A stretch of 32,000 bases of DNA from an uncultured Flavobacterium sp. (GTDB lineage: Bacteria > Bacteroidota > Bacteroidia > Flavobacteriales > Flavobacteriaceae): positions 74,877 to 106,876 of the forward strand of contig NZ_CAWUIC010000005.1 of NCBI RefSeq assembly GCF_963922255.1, in the 5' to 3' direction. The notes under the pieces are model-generated. The model had not been told where the DNA came from, made no database searches, and saw only the letters and a program-made list of their open reading frames with translations. Positions 1 through 7,780 of the stretch are shown here, in pieces. A program made the position numbers and the translations under genes. The stretch's first letter is position 1. Each line of letters starts with the position of its first letter.

Positions 1-12
1 ATACAAAAAAAA

Positions 13-20
13 CAAAGATA
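13..20 (-). promoter_or_regulatory. Bacteroidota -7 box (TAtcTTTG on minus strand) pointing out of the left edge
   Basis: Plus-strand caaagata is the reverse complement of TATCTTTG, the same octamer found 14-18 nt upstream of five starts in this window. The gene it would drive starts just outside the window. Confidence 0.3.
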
Positions 21-81
21 TGATGGCAAAAGGAGTAATTTTATCGATATTTATTTTAACTATTTATACCGTTTTTATCTA

Positions 82-588
82 ATGAAAAAACTTCTGATTC
101 TTTTTTTTGCTTTTAGTATTGTAACTGTTTTTGCTCAAGAAACGAGCAACATAACATCTATAACTACAAGGTTAATACTAATTCGTCATGCTGAAAAAAA
201 AGAAAATAGTAAAGACCCTGAACTTTCAGAAGAAGGAAATCTAAGAGCCCAAAAATTAAATGATTTATTTATGGATGTAAAAATAGATAAATTATACTCT
301 ACTCCATACAACAGAACGAAACAAACATTAGAAGTCATTGCCACTAAAAATAGTCTTGAAATTGAAAATTACAATCCAAATGACCCTACTTTTTCCTCTA
401 CTCTTTTAAATAATAATATTGGAAAAACAGTTTTGGTTGTTGGACATTCTAATACAATTCCAACCTTGGCCAATAAACTAATTGGCGAAAATAAATACAA
501 ACAATTAGAAGAAAATGAGTTTGGGAAAATTTGGATTTTGACTTTTTTGGATAAAAATTTATCAGACTGTGTATTATTAAATTATTAA
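82..588 (+). CDS. Secreted histidine phosphatase family protein (SixA/phosphoglycerate-mutase branch 1)
   Basis: 168 aa. Signal peptide MKKLLILFFAFSIVTVFAQ, RHAEK catalytic motif (LIRHAEK) and a distal VVGHSNTIP histidine motif. ATG start, 3-nt gap to lpxB. Confidence 0.75.
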   Translation: MKKLLILFFAFSIVTVFAQETSNITSITTRLILIRHAEKKENSKDPELSEEGNLRAQKLNDLFMDVKIDKLYSTPYNRTKQTLEVIATKNSLEIENYNPNDPTFSSTLLNNNIGKTVLVVGHSNTIPTLANKLIGENKYKQLEENEFGKIWILTFLDKNLSDCVLLNY

Positions 589-591
589 AAA

Positions 592-1704
592 ATGAAGTAT
601 TATATTATTGCAGGTGAAGCTTCTGGAGACTTACACGGTTCCAACCTAATGAAGGCTCTATATAAACAAGATAAAAATGCCGAGATCAGATTTTGGGGTG
701 GTGATTTGATGCAAAATGTTGGTGGAATTTTAGTAAAACACTACAAAGAACGTTCTTTCATGGGTTTTTTAGAAGTGATCCTGAATTTATCTAAAATCTT
801 TAAAGACATTTCTTTTTGTAAAAGTGATATTACTTCTTTTAATCCCGATACTGTTATATTTATTGATAATTCTGGATTTAATTTGCGAATTGCGAAATGG
901 GCAAAAGAACAAAATTTTCAAACTAGTTATTATGTTTCTCCACAAGTTTGGGCTTCAAGAGCTAATCGAGTTCATGCGATAAAAAGAGATATTGATCATA
1001 TGTATGTAATTTTGCCTTTTGTAGAAGATTTCTATAAAAAGTATGATTATAAAGTCGATTTTGTAGGTCATCCATTAATTGATGCTATTGAAAACAGAAC
1101 AAATATTGATGAGATCATTTTTAGAAAAGAACATAATTTATCAGAAAACCCTATAATTGCTCTTTTGCCTGGAAGTAGAAAACAAGAGATTACAAAAATG
1201 CTTTCTATTATGTTATCTGTTACTAATGATTTTCCAAAATATGAATTTGTAATTGCAGGTGCTCCAAGTCAGGATTTTGAATTTTACAAACCCTTCTTAA
1301 AAAACAAAAACGTCAAGTTTATTTCTAACCAAACTTATGATTTATTAAATGTTTCAACAGCTGCACTCGTAACTTCTGGAACTGCAACTTTAGAAACTGC
1401 TTTGTTTAAAGTTCCGCAAGTGGTTTGTTATAAAGCCAATGCTATTTCTTACCAAATTGCCAAGCGAATTATTACATTAAAATTTATTTCTTTGGTCAAT
1501 TTAATCATGGATAAGGAAGTTGTGAAAGAGTTAATTCAAGGTGAATTAAATACTGCTCAATTGAAAAAAGAACTCAACAATATTTTGACATCACCTAAAA
1601 GAGAAGATATGTTAAAAGAGTATGATTTGCTTCAACAAAAATTAGGTGGAAAAGGTGCTAGCGAAAAAACTGCTCAATTAATCTACGAAAGATTGAAAAA
1701 ATGA
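592..1704 (+). CDS. lpxB: Lipid-A-disaccharide synthase
   Basis: 370 aa. N-terminus MKYYIIAGEASGDLHGSNLMKAL, the internal LLPGSRKQEI motif and the length are all typical of LpxB. Confidence 0.9.
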   Translation: MKYYIIAGEASGDLHGSNLMKALYKQDKNAEIRFWGGDLMQNVGGILVKHYKERSFMGFLEVILNLSKIFKDISFCKSDITSFNPDTVIFIDNSGFNLRIAKWAKEQNFQTSYYVSPQVWASRANRVHAIKRDIDHMYVILPFVEDFYKKYDYKVDFVGHPLIDAIENRTNIDEIIFRKEHNLSENPIIALLPGSRKQEITKMLSIMLSVTNDFPKYEFVIAGAPSQDFEFYKPFLKNKNVKFISNQTYDLLNVSTAALVTSGTATLETALFKVPQVVCYKANAISYQIAKRIITLKFISLVNLIMDKEVVKELIQGELNTAQLKKELNNILTSPKREDMLKEYDLLQQKLGGKGASEKTAQLIYERLKK

Positions 1705-2381
1705 TATATTTGCAAAAATCAAAAATTTTGAAACCCACTTTTTTTACTATTTTATTCTTGTTTATATTTCATTTTTCAGCTGATGCTCAATCAAGTACAG
1801 AAAAAATGACTATTGCTTCAATAACCGAAAGCTCTGGTGCAATAGAGAAATATGATGCCAGTGAAAAAACTTTAGCAAAAAACTTTAAAAAGAAAGAGAA
1901 AGAACTAAAAAAGGTCAAGTTACTTTCTGAAAAGCTTCAAAAACGACTGATTTTAGAAAATGCAACAATCATTTCTAATGCCAACTTACCAAATTTTCAG
2001 AAAGCTGAAGTAATTGAAACTGCTAAAGAATACATTGGAACTCCATATCATTTTGGTGGAATGTCTAAAAATGGAATAGATTGTTCAGCTTTAACATTGT
2101 TTGCTTTTACAAAAAATGACTTAGTACTTCCAAGAACATCCAGAGCACAATCTAAAATTGGTAGAAAAATTAAAAAGTCAAATGCTCAACCTGGTGATTT
2201 AATCTTTTTTAAAACGAACAGAAGAAGAAGTATAATCACTCATGTTGGATTGATTACAGAAAATCATGATGGAACAATAAAATTTATTCATGCTTCTTCA
2301 AGTCGAGGAGTTATTGAATCTTCTTTAGATGAAAGTTACTACCAAAGAACATTTGCCAAAATCAAACGTATTATAGAATAA
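1701..2381 (+). CDS. C40 (NlpC/P60) family peptidoglycan endopeptidase, secreted
   Basis: 226 aa. ATGA overlap with the lpxB stop, signal peptide ending ADAQ, catalytic NGIDCSAL Cys and THVGL His motifs, DLIFFK. Confidence 0.85.
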   Translation: MIYLQKSKILKPTFFTILFLFIFHFSADAQSSTEKMTIASITESSGAIEKYDASEKTLAKNFKKKEKELKKVKLLSEKLQKRLILENATIISNANLPNFQKAEVIETAKEYIGTPYHFGGMSKNGIDCSALTLFAFTKNDLVLPRTSRAQSKIGRKIKKSNAQPGDLIFFKTNRRRSIITHVGLITENHDGTIKFIHASSSRGVIESSLDESYYQRTFAKIKRIIE

Positions 2382-2388
2382 TTACAAT

Positions 2389-2958
2389 TTGAAAAAATCA
2401 ACCTTACTTTTATTTTTCATATTTACTTTAACATTTATAAGTTGTAAAACTTCTAAATCAAGTATTATTACTTCTAAAGAAAAAGCCAAAGAAAAAGGGA
2501 TTTATTCTTATAACGCAAAGCCTGTTAAAATAGAAAAAGTCAAGTCTTCAAAATATAAAAAAGGAACTATTAGTGTTACCAAATTTGCAATTGTTGAAAC
2601 TGCTAAAGATAATTTAGGTGTAAAATATAAATATGCTGGCACAACAAAAGCTGGAATGGATTGTTCTGGTTTGGTTTATTCTTCTTTTAAGAAATATGAC
2701 ATTGAACTTTCAAGAGTTTCTTCTGATATGGCAAAAGAAGGCAAAGAAGTTCCTAAATCAAAAGCTCAAGAAGGTGATTTAATCTTTTTTAAAACTAATA
2801 ATAGTGGTTCCATAAATCACGTTGGAATTATAACAGAAAATAGTGGTGATGAATTACTTTTTATTCATTCATCAACAAGTAAAGGTGTAATTATTTCATC
2901 TTTAAATGAAGAATATTACGCAAAAGCATTTGAAAAAATAAAGCGAATTTTGGAGTAA
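2389..2958 (+). CDS. C40 (NlpC/P60) family peptidase, lipoprotein, paralogue of the preceding gene
   Basis: 189 aa. TTG start at 2389, lipobox LTFISC, AGMDCSGL and NHVGI motifs. About half of the C-terminal ~115 residues are identical by eye to the 1701..2381 product (GDLIFFKTN, ITEN, FIH.S.S.GVI.SSL.E.YY...F.KIKRI.E). Confidence 0.85.
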   Translation: MKKSTLLLFFIFTLTFISCKTSKSSIITSKEKAKEKGIYSYNAKPVKIEKVKSSKYKKGTISVTKFAIVETAKDNLGVKYKYAGTTKAGMDCSGLVYSSFKKYDIELSRVSSDMAKEGKEVPKSKAQEGDLIFFKTNNSGSINHVGIITENSGDELLFIHSSTSKGVIISSLNEEYYAKAFEKIKRILE

Positions 2959-2970
2959 CACTTATCATAA

Positions 2971-4983
2971 ATGGATGTACTAAAGTATCCAATTATCACC
3001 ATTGCTTTTTGTTTTGGATTAGGAATTATAATCCAGAATTATCTGTGTTTTTCATTAAATACAGTTTTATATTCAACAGTCATTTCATCTGTTTTATTTA
3101 TCATCTTATTATTTTACAACAGAAATAAAAACACAAAAAACATCTTTTTTGGATTGATAACTTATTTTTTGATTCTATCAATAAGTGCCTTATCATTATA
3201 CGTTCATCAAGATATTAATCATAAAAACCATTATACAAATTTTGATATTAAAGAATCAAATAGCATAAAAGGTTTAGTTGTTGAGACTTTAAAATCAAAT
3301 GAATTCTACACTAAGTTTTTAGTTGAAATATATTCGTTTAATCATCAAAAAAGTTCAGGTAAAATTCTGGTTTATTTTTCGAATAAAAATCCTGATTCTT
3401 TACAAATTGGTGATTTAGTAAGTTTTCAGTCTGAAATTAAACCGATTCAAAAAAATTATAATCCAAACACTTTTGATTATTCAAATTACATGGCTAATCA
3501 GAATGTTTTTCATCAAATAAAGTGTTTTGAAAATGATTATTATATAGAAAGTAAAGTCAAAAATTTTACGTTTTATGTTAATGAATTGCGTCAAAAATTA
3601 GTTCATAGTTTTGACAAACATCATTTTTCTATTCGAACAAAATCTATAATTAACGCTTTATTATTAGGTCAAAAACAACAAATTGATAGCGAGACTTTAA
3701 ACGATTATAAAAATGCAGGAGTTGTTCATATTTTGGCAATTTCTGGTTTACATATTGGAATTATTTATGCTTTTTTTAATTTCATTTTTGGATTTCTAAA
3801 TCGCATTAAACATGGAAAAGTAATTAAACTTGTTGTTATAATTCTACTTTTATGGTTATTTGCCTTGATTTCAGGAATGTCTGCCTCTATAACTAGATCA
3901 GTTACTATGTTTAGTTTAATTGCCTTTGGCACTTTTTTAAATCGAAAGAATTTTATGTTCAATGCAGTTGCTGCTTCGTTTTTAATCTTGTTGATTTACA
4001 ACCCTCTTTATATTTTTGATGTTGGTTTTCAATTAAGTTATGCAGCTGTGTTTTCAATATTATTATTTCAGCCTTTTTATCAAAAATTTTATTATTCTAA
4101 AAATAAAATTGTAGTCTACATTACTGATTTGTTTTTGGTTTCACTTGCAGCTCAAATAGGTGTTTTGCCTTTTATGATGTTGTATTTTAAGCAAGTTCCA
4201 ACATTGTTTTTATTGGCAAATTTTATTGTAATTCCAATTGCAACTGCTGTTTTAATATTTGGAATTGTAGTTCTTTTTCTGAATTTTGTTTATTCACCTT
4301 TGGCATTACTTTTAGGAAAACTAATTTCCATTTTGGTAGAAGTAATGAATAATTACATTCACTGGTTATCTAGTTTTCAAAATTATGTTATTAAGAATAT
4401 CACATTTACTCCAATATTGACTTTAGGATTATATCTTTTGATTTTAAGTGTAATTTATTGGATTTATAACCCTAAAAACAAACGTGTTTTATATGTTTTG
4501 TGTTTGGTTTTGTCTTTTCAGGCTTTATATTTTTATACAAAAAATGAAACATCACATAAAAATGAATTGATTGTTTTTAATGTTAAAGAAAGTGCAATTT
4601 CTATTTTTGATGCTAATAAAATTACGGTTTTTTCTAATGATAGTTTGATAACCGAAAATCAAAGTATTCAAGAATATGTAACGGCTAAATTTAATCCGAA
4701 AGTTTTATTTCAACCATTAGAAAATGTACTTTTTTTTAAAAATACAAAAATAATTATAGTAGATGAAAGTGCAATTTATAATATAAATTTAAAACCTGAT
4801 GTTGTAATTATTAGGCAAAATTCAAGAATAAATATTGAAAGGTTAATTTTGACTGCAAAACCAAAAGTTATAGTTGCTGACAAAAGCAATTCCCACACCT
4901 CAATAAAAAGATGGAAAGCAACTTGTATAAAATACAAAATCCCTTTTCATGCTATTGCCGAAAAGGGATTTTATAAAATGTAA
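2971..4983 (+). CDS. comEC: ComEC/Rec2 family DNA internalisation channel protein, no metallo-beta-lactamase motif visible
   Basis: 670 aa, polytopic. The VHILAISGLHIG competence-domain motif is present, with an OB-like N-terminal segment between TM helices. The C-terminal ~150 aa is soluble but contains no HxHxDH. Confidence 0.85.
   Translation: MDVLKYPIITIAFCFGLGIIIQNYLCFSLNTVLYSTVISSVLFIILLFYNRNKNTKNIFFGLITYFLILSISALSLYVHQDINHKNHYTNFDIKESNSIKGLVVETLKSNEFYTKFLVEIYSFNHQKSSGKILVYFSNKNPDSLQIGDLVSFQSEIKPIQKNYNPNTFDYSNYMANQNVFHQIKCFENDYYIESKVKNFTFYVNELRQKLVHSFDKHHFSIRTKSIINALLLGQKQQIDSETLNDYKNAGVVHILAISGLHIGIIYAFFNFIFGFLNRIKHGKVIKLVVIILLLWLFALISGMSASITRSVTMFSLIAFGTFLNRKNFMFNAVAASFLILLIYNPLYIFDVGFQLSYAAVFSILLFQPFYQKFYYSKNKIVVYITDLFLVSLAAQIGVLPFMMLYFKQVPTLFLLANFIVIPIATAVLIFGIVVLFLNFVYSPLALLLGKLISILVEVMNNYIHWLSSFQNYVIKNITFTPILTLGLYLLILSVIYWIYNPKNKRVLYVLCLVLSFQALYFYTKNETSHKNELIVFNVKESAISIFDANKITVFSNDSLITENQSIQEYVTAKFNPKVLFQPLENVLFFKNTKIIIVDESAIYNINLKPDVVIIRQNSRINIERLILTAKPKVIVADKSNSHTSIKRWKATCIKYKIPFHAIAEKGFYKM
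4936..4972. terminator. Perfect 13-bp stem hairpin inside the last 16 codons of comEC; likely terminator of the convergent thioredoxin operon
   Basis: aaaatcccttttc (4936-4948) pairs perfectly with gaaaagggatttt (4960-4972), with an 11-nt loop. Read on the minus strand it lies 22 nt past the 4995 stop and is followed by a T-rich tract (ttttgtatttt). Confidence 0.6.
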
Positions 4984-4994
4984 TTCTTATTAAT

Positions 4995-5447
4995 TTACAA
5001 TTCAGTTTTAAGCTGTTCCGCTGTTCTATAACCTACAATGTTTGACTTAATATCTCCATCTTTATCAAATATATACATTGTTGGATAGCCTTGTACTGCT
5101 AAAAAGGAAGTAAATTCATGCATACTATTTCTTCCTGTTTTTCCGGCTACATATTTAGGGTTTGTATATTTTACACCTTTAAAAGTAATTATTTCATTAC
5201 CTTCTGCATTAAATTTAACGGCATAATAATTTTTAGAGACTAATTCTACGATACTTGCATCATGAAAAGTATTTTTATCTAACATTTTACACGGCCCACA
5301 CCAATCTGTGTAAACATCCATAAAAATAGGTTTTGGATCTTTTTTTTGAGCTTCAAGAGCTTCATTCATGGTCATCCATTTTATTTCTTGAGCAAATGAA
5401 GCGACACTAAAAAGACTAATACTTAAAACCAATAGTAACTTTTTCAT
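4995..5447 (-). CDS. Secreted thioredoxin family protein (WCGPC)
   Basis: 150 aa. Signal peptide ending SFAQ, canonical active site DWCGPCK and a cis-Pro region (GYPT). Confidence 0.8.
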   Translation of the reverse strand: MKKLLLVLSISLFSVASFAQEIKWMTMNEALEAQKKDPKPIFMDVYTDWCGPCKMLDKNTFHDASIVELVSKNYYAVKFNAEGNEIITFKGVKYTNPKYVAGKTGRNSMHEFTSFLAVQGYPTMYIFDKDGDIKSNIVGYRTAEQLKTEL

Positions 5448-5452
5448 AATTT

Positions 5453-5917
5453 TTATTTCTTAATTATTGTATTTGCTGATTCTAACCACTTTTCTGAACC
5501 ACCAGCAACATAACCAGTACTTCCCAAAGCATTTAAATTAATTTTACCTTCATCAGTTTTTTCAGGATTAACCAACCAAACCGTTGGATAACCTCTAACT
5601 TGAAAAATTTGTTGTAGTTGGGCATTTTGCATTTTTATTGCATCATCTTGTGGTGTTCTTTTAGGGAAATCTAATTCCACTAAAATCACATTTTCCTTAG
5701 CCCATTTTGCAAAGTCTTCTTTTTTAAAGACTTCATTTTGCAAACGAATACACCAACCACACCAATCAGAACCTGTAAAGAATAACATTAATGGTTTCTT
5801 TTCTTTCATAGAAAGTTCAGATGCTTTAGACATATCAGTATGCCAAGTTAAATCTTCTTGTGCATTTACAAAAAATGAAGACAAGCTTATAAAAAGTATA
5901 AATAGTATTTTTTTCAT
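5453..5917 (-). CDS. Secreted thioredoxin-fold protein (WCGWC, Thioredoxin_7/DUF255-like)
   Basis: 154 aa. Signal peptide ending VNAQ, SDWCGWC active site, RGYPT. 5-nt gap to the downstream thioredoxin gene. Confidence 0.8.
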   Translation of the reverse strand: MKKILFILFISLSSFFVNAQEDLTWHTDMSKASELSMKEKKPLMLFFTGSDWCGWCIRLQNEVFKKEDFAKWAKENVILVELDFPKRTPQDDAIKMQNAQLQQIFQVRGYPTVWLVNPEKTDEGKINLNALGSTGYVAGGSEKWLESANTIIKK

Positions 5918-5933
5918 TTTAATAGATTTTGAA

Positions 5934-5941
5934 CAAAATTA
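5934..5941 (-). promoter_or_regulatory. -7 box TAatTTTG for the thioredoxin pair
   Basis: Plus-strand caaaatta is the reverse complement of TAATTTTG, 16 nt upstream of the ATG at 5917. Confidence 0.55.
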
Positions 5942-5968
5942 GACAAAAAAGATGCCAAAATTTGTTTG

Positions 5969-7729
5969 TTATCTAACACCGTGCATTAATTTCTTTAAAA
6001 CTGGATTTAGTGCCATTACTAATAATCCTGCAACTGTTGGCACAATAGTAAAAATTAAGAAAAAAGTTGATAAACTGTATTCATTCGTAATGTTTTCTAT
6101 TTGGCCTCCTAAAACAGCTGCTAATTTGTTACCTATTGCTATAGCTAAATACCACATTCCAAACATAAAACCTATCATTCTAGCTGGAACCAGCTTACTT
6201 ACATACGACAATCCAACTGGAGATAAAAACAACTCTCCTAAAGTATGAAATAAGTAAGCCAATATTAACCATAACATTGACACTTTAATACCTTCTTGAA
6301 TACCATAAGAACCGTAAGCTAAAAGTCCAAACCCAACAGCCATGATAATTAATCCTAGTCCGTATTTTACTGCTGCAGAAGGATTATACTTACTGTCCCA
6401 AAGTTTAGATACTGTTGAAGCAAAGGCAATAATAAAGAATGAATTTAAGATGGAAAACCAACTAGGATCTATTTCTGAAGCTGATTTGCTAAATTCATTA
6501 AAGAGCATCCATATAGCAATTCCCCAAATTCCAATAAAAGTAACTGCTAATACCACATTCGACATTAAAGCTTTCTTATAGGTTTGTTTTGCCAAAAGAA
6601 TCAATACCCAAGAAATAATTAATAAGGGTACAACAGTAAGTAAAGTATTTACAACATTGAATATTGTTAAAGAAGACCCTACTAATGTTCTATCTACACT
6701 ATCACGCGCAAAAATCACCAATGAAGAAGCTCCTTGTTCAAATGACATCCAGAAAAATATTGTAAAGAATGCAAATATGATTACTGCAATCATTCTATGA
6801 CGAATAATAGTTGTATATCTCATTAAACGCGAGATTACTAAATATAAGAATAGTAACAATGCAATTAAAATCATAACAATGGAGCCATCTAAATCACCTA
6901 ACTTAAAATCAAATAAATTAATTCCACCTATTTTTGACAAAGGATCGTTAAAAGCATATAATAAACCTATTATCGTAGTAATAATTATTAAAGCAATATC
7001 AATTTTTGTGTAAGGATTTAGTTTATCATCTTCATTAGTAGATGCAGCAGCTCTTGCAGCTTCAATAGCTTTCTTTTCTTTGGTAGGTACTTCTCCAATA
7101 TCTCCAAATAAAGGTTTAGCTAACCAAAACTGAATAGTTCCTAACAGCATAAAAATACCGGCTAAACCGAAGCCCCAATGCCATCCAAGATTTGCAGCTA
7201 AGTAACCACATAACATCATTCCAAAAAAAGCTCCTGCATTTACGCCCATATAGAATATAGTGTAAGCTCCATCTTTTTTCTCTGGAAAGTTTTTATACAT
7301 TTCTGACAAAATTGATGTCATATTGGGTTTAAAGAAACCTGTACCAATAACTAATAATCCAAGACCTAAATACAGCATTAATTCAGATTCTAAAGCCATT
7401 GCTGCATGACCCAATGTCATAATAATTGAACCAATTACAACAGCCCAACGATATCCAATGAATCTATCGGCAATAATACCTCCAAAAATGGGAGTAATAT
7501 AAAGAAGCATAGCGTAAGTTCCATACAATGCTCCTGCATTTTCTGCACTCCAACCCCAACCTGGATTATCACCCATTAGTGCAGCTGTTAAAAACAAAAT
7601 TAATAAAACGCGCATTCCGTAGAATGAAAATCGTTCCCACATTTCTGTAAAAAACAATACGAATAGTCCAGCCGGATGGCCTAATACTTTAGATTCAAAA
7701 AAATCTGGATTTGATGTAGTTTCTGACAT
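5969..7729 (-). CDS. Proton-dependent oligopeptide transporter (POT/PTR2 family)
   Basis: 586 aa. PTR2 signatures FFTEMWERFSFYGMR and GYTIFYMGVNAGAF-like (AYTIFYMGVNAGAF), C-terminal LSPVGLSYVSKL, and about 14 TM helices. Confidence 0.9.
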   Translation of the reverse strand: MSETTSNPDFFESKVLGHPAGLFVLFFTEMWERFSFYGMRVLLILFLTAALMGDNPGWGWSAENAGALYGTYAMLLYITPIFGGIIADRFIGYRWAVVIGSIIMTLGHAAMALESELMLYLGLGLLVIGTGFFKPNMTSILSEMYKNFPEKKDGAYTIFYMGVNAGAFFGMMLCGYLAANLGWHWGFGLAGIFMLLGTIQFWLAKPLFGDIGEVPTKEKKAIEAARAAASTNEDDKLNPYTKIDIALIIITTIIGLLYAFNDPLSKIGGINLFDFKLGDLDGSIVMILIALLLFLYLVISRLMRYTTIIRHRMIAVIIFAFFTIFFWMSFEQGASSLVIFARDSVDRTLVGSSLTIFNVVNTLLTVVPLLIISWVLILLAKQTYKKALMSNVVLAVTFIGIWGIAIWMLFNEFSKSASEIDPSWFSILNSFFIIAFASTVSKLWDSKYNPSAAVKYGLGLIIMAVGFGLLAYGSYGIQEGIKVSMLWLILAYLFHTLGELFLSPVGLSYVSKLVPARMIGFMFGMWYLAIAIGNKLAAVLGGQIENITNEYSLSTFFLIFTIVPTVAGLLVMALNPVLKKLMHGVR

Positions 7730-7780
7730 TTATTATTATTTAAAATTGTATTTTATGTGAATATTAAAAAGAAATTATAA

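Noticed and set aside
3765-3962. 65-aa minus-strand ORF inside comEC
   Set aside because: It is entirely antisense to a well-supported polytopic membrane gene, has a low-complexity basic and hydrophobic composition typical of AT-rich antisense frames, and has no promoter box.
5952-6581. Plus-strand ORFs 5952..6248 and 6342..6581 overlapping the POT transporter
   Set aside because: Both are antisense to the conserved C-terminal half of a POT gene. The 5952 ATG lies in the thioredoxin promoter region, but there is no TAnnTTTG box on the plus strand, and the translated sequences have no recognisable features.
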